From contig OZ024741.1 in assembly GCA_964016885.1 (NCBI GenBank), positions 120,280,001-120,344,000 of the forward strand: 64,000 bases of DNA. The letters are read 5' to 3'. Below the pieces are notes generated by a model. That model worked only from the letters and a program-made list of their open reading frames with translations. It did not search any database and had not been told where the DNA came from. The stretch's first letter is position 1. Each line of letters begins with the position of its first letter. Shown here piece after piece: positions 53,438-64,000 of this stretch. The stretch is from Eledone cirrhosa. Its lineage: Eukaryota. Position numbers and translations under genes: made by a program.

Positions 53438-53835
53438 CTGACGCGTGCTCCCTCAGAGACTTCCCGATGCGCCATGCGAACTGTTGCCTACGCACATACG
53501 TCGTGTATAAGATAGAATGTAACAAGTGCAACCAATACTATATAGGTAGCACAATCCGGCCGTTGAACATCCGGATCAAGGAACACACTAAAACCAGGGC
53601 CTCGTCTTTCCGGAAACACAGCCAATTGCGGAAACAAGGACGGAAGGCTCATTGTCACAATTCTAGCGACAGAAAGAAACGTCGGCACGTTACGTATCAA
53701 GGAAGCACTTTGGATCAAACGCCTAGGGCCACAATTAAACAACCGATCCAAGAGAAACGAAATGAGATGGTTGGTTTAAGTTAACAAACGATGCAGCAAC
53801 AGACGCACACACACGCACACAAACGAGACAGCAAG

Positions 53836-53874
<39 letters not shown>

Positions 53875-54384
53875 CACACACAGTAACATTCAACAAACAG
53901 GCATAGAATGGACTGACAGCTAGCGCCACTCCACTCCCACAATTGAAAGAACTACTTCAGCCGCTGACCTCTACCTGACCGACCCCATTTCATGCGCACG
54001 CGCGCTCTGCTGAATACCTCAGATATTCAAAACAACGAACAGCGGAGGACGCGTTTCGCACCTTTCCGACAGACAACCTTTCCCCCACCCCGGAAAAAAC
54101 CCCAGTTGATGGATGTGAATCCGAAATATATAGGGACAATTAAATCTCTCCCAAGGTAACTCTCTCTCGTGTTGTTATTTTTATTTTTATTCTTTACGCT
54201 CTTTCCTTCATTCCTCTACACGTCTTATACACGCCACGCATCTCAACGTACACCCACTTACATCTCTCTCTCCACCACCGGATCTTGTTACCCGGTGATT
54301 TACCCATTTGCATTGTCGAGGCTTCCAAACGACTTAAAGTAATTTACCTTATTATTCCACAATGCTTCAAGCAAACTTCAATAT

Positions 54385-54390
<6 letters not shown>
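53438..54390 (+). mobile_element. 5'-truncated PLE (GIY-YIG end + pLTR)
   Basis: VVYKIECNKCNQYYIGSTIRPLNIRIKEH; degenerate HHR CCC..TTGAT-GGAT-gtga-ATCC-GAAA-TATATA|GGG at 54100-54135; (TA)n flanks. Confidence 0.8.
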
Positions 54391-54432
<42 letters not shown>

Positions 54433-54434
<2 letters not shown>

Positions 54435-56700
54435 CGAAGGAAATGTGGTAAGGAACCAGGTGGACCATAACGCACCAAAGTACTCAATACTTAGGGTAGT
54501 AGAGTGGGTAATAGGAACGAGTAGGACTCCGACGGCTGAGCTCAAGCCGTTTCGACGGCTAATTCTGGACTAAATGAAAACTTTTATCCTGGTATATGAA
54601 TAGCCGAGTTTCTCAGGGGGTAATTCCATATATGGTAAAAGTGATTGTCACAAGAATTGGTCAAAAGTTGTTGTTGAGACACATAATTCTATCATAGCAA
54701 TTTGTGGAAGGAAGGGGTAGCTGAACCTGCCAGTAGAAGAAAGAGGGAGAGCGAGTGGAGGAAACCCAGTGGTGCGTTGATAGTGCCAACTACAGCAGGG
54801 CAGGAGGTCAAGCAAGTATACTAGGGAGGCGGAGGGGGAGGAAGTCGAAACAATAAGTAAATCAATATGGAGTAAATATATAGAAGAATACCAAGAATGT
54901 TAAAAATATAAAAAAACAATTTCTGGTTACTATTCCCTTACGACAGTCATCAAGTCTCTCACTGGTACTGCTAAACTATAGAAAAGTTTACTAGGTGGGA
55001 CGGAATTGTAAAGAGACCATTTTAAGAGTTAGTAGTAATCAACCGAGTATATCTTACGGTGACAGGTCAACAAGTGGGGGGCCAAAATACTAAAGAAACT
55101 ACCACGAAATAATAATTCAGAGTCCCGAAACTAATACGAAATAATTGCCTCCACCCTAGGCACAAGGCCAGCAACCACCCAGTGCAAAAAATAAACTAAT
55201 ACGAAATAATAATTCAGAATCCCGAAAATGAATACTAATACTATCTCCAAGGGTGCCGCTACGATACAAAAATTCTAGTGCAAACTACATAAATGCTCGT
55301 ACGAGGTATATGAAAAATTTGATACGGAAAATTAATTCAGAATCCCCCCCCCCCCCCAAATAAATACTGATATACGAGAAATTAAAACAGAGATACCACT
55401 AAGAAATGTAGAAAGCACGGAAATGGAAATGGGGCAGCCATCGGATAAGAAAGCAAGTATCTGGGTCTATCACATCTGCTATAAAAAGCGGAGTCGGCCA
55501 ATTCTATCATAGAATAGGGGATGGGGTGGGGGTACTGAGGCTACAAAGGACCGAGGGGCTACCACGGGTGGGCGGGAAAATGAAAAGGACGACGACAAAG
55601 AAGGAGGACTGGGGAGGAAGGACTAGAAAGGGATGGGGGGAAGAAGGAAATATAGAGGAAACGATAAAAAGATATGAAAGAAGATCTTACGTCTACCTTT
55701 GCAAGCAGGGGTTACCCATTACAAAGCCGGCAAGTGGGGTGTTACAGCCCTTGTCTACCCCACCGGGTCATTATGGGGTTTGAGGGCGAGGTAAGTTCTA
55801 CGTAATCTGTGTTTGCATGCAGTTACCAGTTCGTCTTTCTTGTTTAGGAGTTGGTCCGTCGAAAACAGCATTTGTAAAGTTTCCTCCGAGCATAAATTGC
55901 ACGGACGGCCTCCTCCCGTGTAAGAGTTGGCTCTGGACAGTAAGCTCCAAGTGAGATCATAGGTGATATTGTTATCTTTGAGGTCCCAGATGTTGCCCGA
56001 AAGTGTGGTGGCGTGACGCCGGGCCGGATTTCGGAAAGTATGTCTGTGTTGGTATAGCCGGGTCTTGAAGTCACATGCGGTTAATCCTATATAAGCTTTG
56101 TTGGAGGTGTCCGTCCTCACGTTGCACTGGTAGATCACATTACGATCTCTGCATCTGTTGTCGAGGGGGCAATTGGATCCATCAGGACAGTTGCACCTCC
56201 TGGTCGGCTCTCCACTGCTATTTAGGTTATTTCTTCCATAGGGGTTGAGTTTTTTGTTGTTAGAGGAGACGATGTTTTGTGCAAAGTTTGGTGTGGTGCT
56301 GTAGGAGAGTTTGATAGTATTTTTGTTGATTATGTTGTGGTAGCGGTGTTGTAGTGGGAAGTGTTTTTCGATGAGCCTAAAGAAGATTTTCCCGATAGGA
56401 GTTGTCACCTCGGCGTTGTGGGGAGGATTGAACCATGTTACATTGCGTGAGCGGCGGTGTAGTCTGCTGGTTCCACTAATGGAAGCTGGACAGTAGGATA
56501 TTTCCTCCCGGAAACCACTCCGCTTGAGGGCCTGGTTGTAATAAGGCGCATGTTCCTCGAATATCTGCTCATTAGTGGACAAACGAGATATGCGGAGGGA
56601 GATGTTTTTAACCAGGTTATTGGTGTTGTTCATAGGATGGTTTGACCGGCGGTGGATGTAGTGCAGGTTGTCGTTGGGTTTCCTGTATGGGTAGTACAGA
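54433..56700 (-). mobile_element. 5'-truncated PLE with an uninterrupted 292-aa C-terminus and pLTR
   Basis: VTWFNPP, CNC..CPL..C, NVIYQC..YIGLT..FKTRLYQH and CNLCSEE motifs; HHR at 54520-54625. Confidence 0.9.
54520..54625 (-). ncRNA. Type I hammerhead-like motif with a long stem II (core partly mutated)
   Basis: ACCCC-CTGAGAA..CGGCTATTC-long loop-GAATTAGCCG.-GAAA-CGGC-ttgagctca-GCCG-TC|GGAGT (GGGGT in the 29.3-kb copy). Confidence 0.6.
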
Positions 56701-56704
56701 TCAT

Positions 56705-58860
56705 TATATAGAAGAGCTTCATTCGTGAGAAATCATAAATCATCAGGAAGCTGGCTGTCCAAGTGAGTAGTGGTAAACCAATGAACCCCACCCATCCTGT
56801 AGACACCTGTCTTACAGGCATTGTTAGTCTAAGTGATAAACTAGGATTGGTATTCCAAATTTGAATTTGTTTACAGCGTTCTTTCTGCCTGTGTTAATAT
56901 TATAACTTTAAAGAATTAGCTTTTAATGAACTCCATTTTCTCTAAATACATCAACCAATGACCTCCGCCCATCCCAATCCCCACCGTCTCCTCCCACCAG
57001 AAAAGAAAAGATATAAATACCACCACCCACTTGGACAGCCATCTTCCTGATAATTTCTCATGAATGAAACAGTTCTAGTTCTGTAGAAGCTCTTCTATTT
57101 TAAAACATTTATACTCTGCTATGTATTGAGTACCTTACTTACTGTGGTTACCTCCGATTCAACCCGGAATAACTTATCTTTTAGCGCTCCTAGTGCCCCT
57201 TATAACCATCACCAAGAAACTATGCTGTCCAAACTCGACCTTGATGTCTCCATGAAGAACATCCCGATCCCTTCAAGGAAACTTTACCTAAAAACACTCA
57301 TTAGCTGTACAAGCCAATTAGATGGAGAGCCTTCTTCCTCGACAACCCTGATGTAGCATCTACCAATGATGAGAAATTCGGTTTCAAAACGAATAAGGCA
57401 CCAACCACCAACAGCCTACTTGAACCTTTTGAGGAAGACCTCTTCAAGATGATCAAAGATATCAAATGTAGTAGAGCCAACACACCATTCCAGGCCTACT
57501 TAAATACTGAATTGCGGAATATAAAAAAATTCCCCCAATCTTCATGTCTCCTCCGATAAAACCAAAAACGTTTATGAGGTAGAACCACCGACCTATAATA
57601 AGCTGGTTAAAAATGCCCTCACGACCACCTACAAAAAGGTAACAGAGATGGTAATGACCGAGACAAATGCGGCCGGAAAAGAAATCGCCAAGTCCCTTAA
57701 ACTACACGACCAAACGGAACCTTTAAAGGGAAAGACCCCACACTTTACCCTGAAGAACTACAAGGGAAACTTCCTCAACAAACCATCAGTCAGACTTATC
57801 AATCCCACACGTTCGGACATCGGCTCTATCAAAAAAAGATCCTCTATAGAGTTCTACCATCATTGCGAGCTGCCTCACCACTCCCATTCTGGAGCAAGAC
57901 ATCCAAGCCTCTGCCTCCTACTACAATGACGCCCTCACCCGCAGCGGATTTAAAGAAAAGATAACTTACCTAGAAACCACCGCAAGACTACCTAGAAGGA
58001 ATAGTCATAGGCATATTAGTTGGTACAACCCCTGCCCCCTTCAATAGAGAATTCTCTACACCTATAGCTAAGACTTTCTTCACTTTGCTGAACACACACT
58101 TCCCCATACAACATAAGTACTACACCATCTTCAATAAGAACACAATAAGACTCTCCTACTCCACCTTACCTAGCTAGGAATATAGCCAATCTCAATTCTA
58201 AAATATTAAATAAGCCAACTACCTCCGAACCCAATCCCCGGATTGAAGTCTTGTGCAACTGCCTAAATAAGGAAGCCTGTCCACTTGAGAACAAATGCCT
58301 GACAAATGACATGGTATACAAATGTGATGTGATCTCGGGCACCAATGACAGCAACAACAAAAAGACTTACATCGGCATGACTTCCAATAATTTTAGGACC
58401 CGGTGGTGTGCCCATACCCACTCTTTCAGAAGACCGGACAAATCAAATCAGACAACACTCGCCTCCTATGTCTGGGACCACAAAAGGAACTCCACCCCCT
58501 TCACGCTTAAATGGAAAATAATCCAGTAATCTCGCTCATACAAGGGAGGACACAACTGCTGCAACCTTTGTATTTGTATCTCAGAGAGCTACGAAATATT
58601 ATTTGCCAAGGGTCCGCTACTTAACAAACTCTCTTAACACTGCCCGAATTGCATGCAAAAAACCTTTGCAGCTTTCAAGTACCTTAAGCCAATGTTGATG
58701 CCAGCTGGCTAAAAAAAATTTCGCTTTTTTTTTTTTAAAAAGCCATTCGACAAAATATCACATCCACCTCCCTCCCACCCTATCTCTACCCCCTCTGGAT
58801 CTGAAACACGGCACTATGGTCATGTAAGTACTTCTTACCTATCTGCTCTTTCCGCATGTA
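56705..58860 (+). mobile_element. Internally deleted PLE with 5' pLTR (plus inverted pLTR piece), N-terminus and GIY-YIG
   Basis: SMKNIPIPSRK, SDKTKNVY, PSVRLINP, CNCLNKEACPL and VYKC..YIGMTSNNFRTRW motifs; the RT core is deleted. pLTR fragments also occur at ~10357-10400 and 21593-21700. Confidence 0.85.
57043..57089 (+). ncRNA. Type I hammerhead ribozyme (G8A in this copy)
   Basis: CTTC-CTGATAA-T-TTC-tcat-GAA-T-GAAA-CAG-ttctagtt-CTG-TA|GAAG. The inverted piece at ~56740 keeps the canonical CTGATGA. Confidence 0.7.
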
Positions 58861-59041
58861 GAGTGTACTTCATCTTTATACTGTATATGTGTGTCTGTGT
58901 ATATGTGTATATTTATGAGTGTATGTATGTACGTATTTGTATAAGTGGCCGTACGTATGTATGCGTGTGTTTGTGTGCACGTGCGTTTATATTCATGTGT
59001 ATACGCATGTATATGCGTATATGTGTATGTATGTGTATGCG

Positions 59042-59092
<51 letters not shown>

Positions 59093-59112
59093 TTATATAT
59101 ATATATATATAC

Positions 59113-59244
<132 letters not shown>

Positions 59245-59296
59245 GAGTATGTATACGGATGTATATATGTTTTTATATATATATATATATATGTAT

Positions 59297-59855
59297 ATAA
59301 AGTTAAATAAAAGTCAAATGATTAAAATTTAGCTTCGTTTATTACTGCTATATATATTTCAGTGACAGCCATCTTTGGCTGTGATCTCTTCAGGCAGTTT
59401 GAATTAGTATGGTATAGATAAGTACATATGTTGTTTAGGTGTATAATATTGTCAATACTCTGATATGCCCAGTTCCTTGTTGGGTTGTTAATTCACTGAG
59501 GAACTGGAGTCATAGGAATTCAAACAAACGAATTTCAGTGTCAAAGGTCCTCTTCTCCTCTCATTGGTCAGTTATTAGAACATTCCTCATTCTAGATGTT
59601 GTTATTGTTGGATTAAAAATTGATAAAATGGTAGAAGGGACAAGGTGTTAAAGGAACAAAATAACAGAAGAGGTCACAGCCAAAGATGGCTGTCACTGAA
59701 ATATATATAGCAGTAATAAACGAAGCTAAATTTTAATCATTTGACTTTTATTTAACTTTATTTTACACTACTCCGGAGTAACCAAACCAACCTGCGCACT
59801 TCATCGAGTGCCCCAGCCTGCATACTGAGGTGTTGGTATACAACCAACATAAACT

Positions 59856-59860
<5 letters not shown>
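59297..59860. mobile_element. Fold-back HHR-bearing non-coding element in (TA)n
   Basis: ~95-bp inverted arms 59297-59391 / 59668-59761, plus a 100-bp tail. Confidence 0.8.
59344..59398 (-). ncRNA. Type I hammerhead ribozyme
   Basis: ACTGC-CTGAAGA-GATCACAGCCA-aaga-TGGCTGTCACT-GAAA-TATATA-TA|GCAGT. Confidence 0.85.
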
Positions 59861-59904
<44 letters not shown>

Positions 59905-59910
<6 letters not shown>

Positions 59911-61182
59911 ATGAAACACAGATACCAACACATCTGTATATATATTGCGAAAGAAAAGTTTAGCCAGATTGAAGTATACTAATTATTATACTACAGTTTG
60001 TCCATATCGATTTAAAATAATAAATCAACGGAGACGAACTGTATTGGCAAAAGGCCGTGATGTTTAGACACATTTAAATTTCAAAATCAAACCTGTTCCG
60101 TAGATAAGTTTAGACTTTAAGATCCAAATATGTTTCGAGTTAAATAAGTGTAGGAATATCATGTCCCGCTCTCCTCAGTAAACATCCAGAGACAAATTGA
60201 TATGCTTCACTTCTAAATATTTAAAAGACTGCGTGGCGCACATGGCTTTACAGTATCTAACTAGTCTCATAACCGTACTGCTAGAAATAACAGTCGTGTA
60301 TATGAGGCGGCTTTGCAGCTCAAACTAGGAGCAGATTAAAATTAATAAGGTAATGAATTCTTTTACAATGGAATCAGCTCGAATGAGGAAATATCCCCTG
60401 AGCAGTGTATAAATTAATATGTATGTGATGAAACACAGATACCAACACATCTGTATATATATTGCGAAAGAAAAGTTTAGCCAGATTGAAGTATACTAAT
60501 TATTATACTACAGTTTGTCCATATCGATTTAAAATAATAAATCAACGGAGACGAACTGTATTGGCAAAAGGCCGTGATGTTTAGACACATTTAAATTTCA
60601 AAATCAAACCTGTTCCGTAGATAAGTTTAGACTTTAAGATCCAAATATGTTTCGAGTTAAATAAGTGTAGGAATATCATGTCCCGCTCTCCTCAGTAAAC
60701 ATCCAGAGACAAATTGATATGCTTCACTTCTAAATAATTTAAAAGATTGCGTGGCGCACATGGCTTTACAGTATCTAACTAGTCTCATAACCGTACTGCT
60801 AGAAATAACAGTCGTGTATATGAGGCGGCTTTGCAGCTCAAACTAGGAGCAGATTAAAATTAATAAGGTAATGAATTCTTTTACAATGGAATCAGCTCGA
60901 ATGAGGAAATATCCCCTGAGCAGTGTATAAATTAATATGTATGTGATGAAACACAGATAACAACACATCTGTATATATATTGTGAAAGAAAAGTTTAGCC
61001 AGATTGAAGTATACTAATTATTATACTACAGTTTGTCCATATCGATTTAAAATAATAAATCAATATATATACAGATGTGTTGGTATCTGTGTTTCATCAC
61101 ATACATATTAATTTATACACTGCTCAGGGGATATTTCCTCATTCGAGCTGATTCCATTGTAAAAGAATTCATTACCTTATTA

Positions 61183-61187
<5 letters not shown>
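59905..61187 (-). mobile_element. Tandem 517/518-bp non-coding unit (~2.2 copies) with one HHR per full unit and an inverted 5' piece; retrozyme-like
   Basis: The same motif starts at 59911, 60428 and 60946. HHRs lie at 60121-60187 and 60638-60704. 61065-61185 is the reverse complement of ~60345-60460. (TA)n flanks both ends. Confidence 0.8.
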
Positions 61188-61279
<92 letters not shown>

Positions 61280-61368
61280 AGTATGTATATATATATTTGG
61301 ACATATGTGTGTGTATTTGTGTATTTATTTATATATTTATATGTGTATGTGTAGTGTATATGTGTGTG

Positions 61369-61399
<31 letters not shown>

Positions 61400-62536
61400 A
61401 TATATGTGTGTATGTGTGTATGTGTGTATGTACGTATATATGTATATATACGTGTGTATAATGGTAGCTATGGTGCTTCCATAGGCGGTATGCCAAAATT
61501 AGCACTCAATATTCTTACAGAGTAGAGTGTGAATAGTATAAAAAAACGAAAAATCAGTGATGCATCTGGACTCAGTTTCTTGCGTGTTACAATTGTTTCG
61601 CCGGCAGGTAGCTCGAGACATGATCACTGTATGTATCTGGCTGATTCTATGGCTGCAGGTTCTTTTGGACACATGCAATTCTTTCGGAGCAAATTTTCTC
61701 AATGGGGTGTTATCATCAAAAGACACCTTAAAAAAACATCTTCCACTCTTGTCATGCCATTGGCTGTTGTTTTTCTACGTCATCATAAATTCTGGTCACT
61801 ATTTACTGCTACACTGGTCATCAGCCATTTTCCGTCCGACACACTTCAATGGAGCCATGCTGGGTTTGTATTTCACACGTCCGTTCACACTCCCGAGTAT
61901 GTACCCACATATATACACACACACATACACACGCGCAGGCACACACACATGCATGCATACACATATGTACGTACACATGTGTAGACACATATACCTCCAT
62001 GCCCACATATACACACACATACTCTCCCTCTCTTACACATACCCTAGCACACCCACACCCACATACAGACCACCATATGCCTACTGGCGCCTGCCTAAAC
62101 AGCCCCTTACATCCGGTCTCACACGCACGCATACGCGCACACACGCGCAGACTCACACGTACACGCATACAAAGATACATATCGGCGTTCGGGCACATCT
62201 GCACATATATACACAAACACTCTCAGACACATACATAGATACACATACGCACATACACGCATATCCTTATGGATAGGCATCAAGGACAGACACACTTCCA
62301 AAGACATAAGCACACATACACACACATACACACACCTGTACATATATCTACACACAAGTACATGTATCCGCATATAAACACATAGACAAACCTTGTCCTA
62401 TGTGGGTGTACGTACGCACCCACACACACCCCCACTGACAGATACACACCATCTATATATATATGTGTGTGTACATAGACACACACACATACACACGCAT
62501 GCAGACATACACACATGCACATATACATATATGTAT

Positions 62537-62599
<63 letters not shown>

Positions 62600-62604
<5 letters not shown>

Positions 62605-62952
62605 ATAATAATAAAATTGAAGACTAAAATCCAAAGAGGGCTCGATAAAGAAAATATATATCAAATATATAAGAACCGTAGAGCAAATATTTATACCATA
62701 AACGTGGTTCTGTCTTTGCGCGTAATTGTTTTTCACCGCTCCTATTAATGACGTATTATTCGTTTTTTCCCGTCCTTTGCCAGCGAACGTTACCACGAAC
62801 CAAAGTATCGTCTTCCTGTCTTCCTCGGTTGCAACGTTTTTTGAAATATCCAGTTCTGCGTTTACAGATTGACTTTGTTAGTTTCAGAAGATCCCGTTAA
62901 GGGTGAAAGCAGCGATTCTTTGCTTAAACTTTAATCTGTTATTTTAATAAAT
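62600..62952 (+). mobile_element. Family C element with its tail inverted at the 5' end; HHR at 62880-62930
   Basis: Homologous to 2865-3340, but the segment downstream of AATAAATAT is placed inverted at the opposite end. Confidence 0.8.
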
Positions 62953-62962
62953 ATATATATAT

Positions 62963-64000
62963 ATAATGAAAAATTGAACAGGGACAGAACAGAGAGGCAG
63001 TACAATAAATGTTTATTAAATTCACGCTCAGGAGAGTGGAGGGGTAGGTGGGGGACGACGTTTCGGGCATAAGCCCTTCTTCAGGTGAGAAGTGTGTGGG
63101 AACAGAGTTCAAAAGGTGTGTAGGGGAGTGGTGGAGAGACATATAGCGAAAGGAAACGGTGCGAATGAAAAATTAACAAATAAAGACAAAAAATATATAA
63201 TAAATAAAAATAAAGCATGATCAAAATACAAGGAATGAGAAAATTTAAAAATAAAGGCATAATCAAAATAAACTGAAATTAAAAAGGGGGTAAACAGGTG
63301 GTGGAAGGGTGTGGGGTGAGTAGGGGTGGTGGCGGGTGGAGTGGGGAGAGGGAGACGGGGTGTCCGAGCGGGGAGGGCTGAAGGTGGTGTGTGTGGTTAG
63401 GTGTGCGTGTGTGTGTGTATGTGAAAGTGAGGGTTGGGGGAAGAACGGGGTTGCATGTTCAGGAAGGTGTGTGTGGGGGGTGTTTTTGTGGGTCGGAGTG
63501 TCTGTGCGTGTGTGGATAGGGGGTGGGGGAGAGGAATCAGGAGGCTGAGGGTGTAAATATGTGGTGGGAAGCACGTGTGTGTGGTTTAAGCGTGTTGTGG
63601 GTGTGGGTGGCGTGTGGATAAAAAAAAAATTGGGGGGGTGTGTGTGTGGGTGAGTTATATAGGTGATGGTGTAAGAGGATGGTTGAAAAGTTGGTAAGTT
63701 CCACGGATGTTTGGAGATTTGGTTAGAAGTCAATTTCGCGTGTGGGTAATCCAAGAAGCGGTGGTCGGAAGAGGAGAGAAGTGGGGTGCGCGCGCAACAG
63801 GAAGTGGTCAGCAGTGGGAGTGCTGGGGTCAGTTGGTGCTGAGAGGTGGTCGGAAGGGCATAGCAGCAGTCGGTGGAATGGTAGGGAGGCGAGGATGGGT
63901 AGGTGTGAGAGTTGGAGTGAGGAGGGTGTGTGTGTGTGTATTAGTAGGGGTGTTAGTGGGATGAGTGAGTGTGGAGCGGGGAGAGAAGGGTGTGTGTGGT
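62963..64000 (-). mobile_element. Second copy of the PLE family B 3' UTR/pLTR (runs off the window end)
   Basis: Nearly identical to 5377-6445; HHR core at 63051-63090. Confidence 0.88.

Noticed and set aside
59666-59718. A second CAGAAGA hammerhead variant
   Set aside because: The inverted arm begins inside the core, so CA comes from flanking sequence and the 5' strand of stem I is missing; the partner arm has the canonical CTGAAGA.
61529-62276. 151-aa and 239-aa ORFs as host genes
   Set aside because: There is no recognisable domain, and the 3' halves are CA-rich simple sequence.

Overview
AT-rich, microsatellite-dense eukaryotic DNA; the repeat content suggests an invertebrate, probably an octopus-type cephalopod (inference). 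The only intact host gene is a single-coding-exon secretin-like (Methuselah/adhesion-type) GPCR at 19268-21259. Nearly everything else is mobile DNA: at least ten Penelope-like element (PLE; RT + GIY-YIG) copies or remnants, Tx1/L1-like, R4/Dong-like, CRE-like and CR1-like LINE fragments, tRNA-derived SINEs, a hAT deletion derivative, a mini-Helitron, and a 4-kb 16-bp satellite with a 1620-bp higher-order duplication. Three observations stand out. (1) About ten sequence-unrelated type I hammerhead ribozyme (HHR) families lie in PLE pseudo-LTRs (pLTRs) and small non-coding elements, including a 517-bp HHR-bearing tandem unit resembling a non-LTR retrozyme and a repeated U4A core variant. (2) These elements repeatedly insert as fold-backs into (TA)n tracts at fixed family-specific breakpoints. 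(3) One PLE has a Tyr/Asn/His-rich upstream ORF joined to its RT-EN frame by a U UUU UUA -1 slippery site. All calls come from reading the sequence by eye; no database search or folding program was run, and most element boundaries are approximate.
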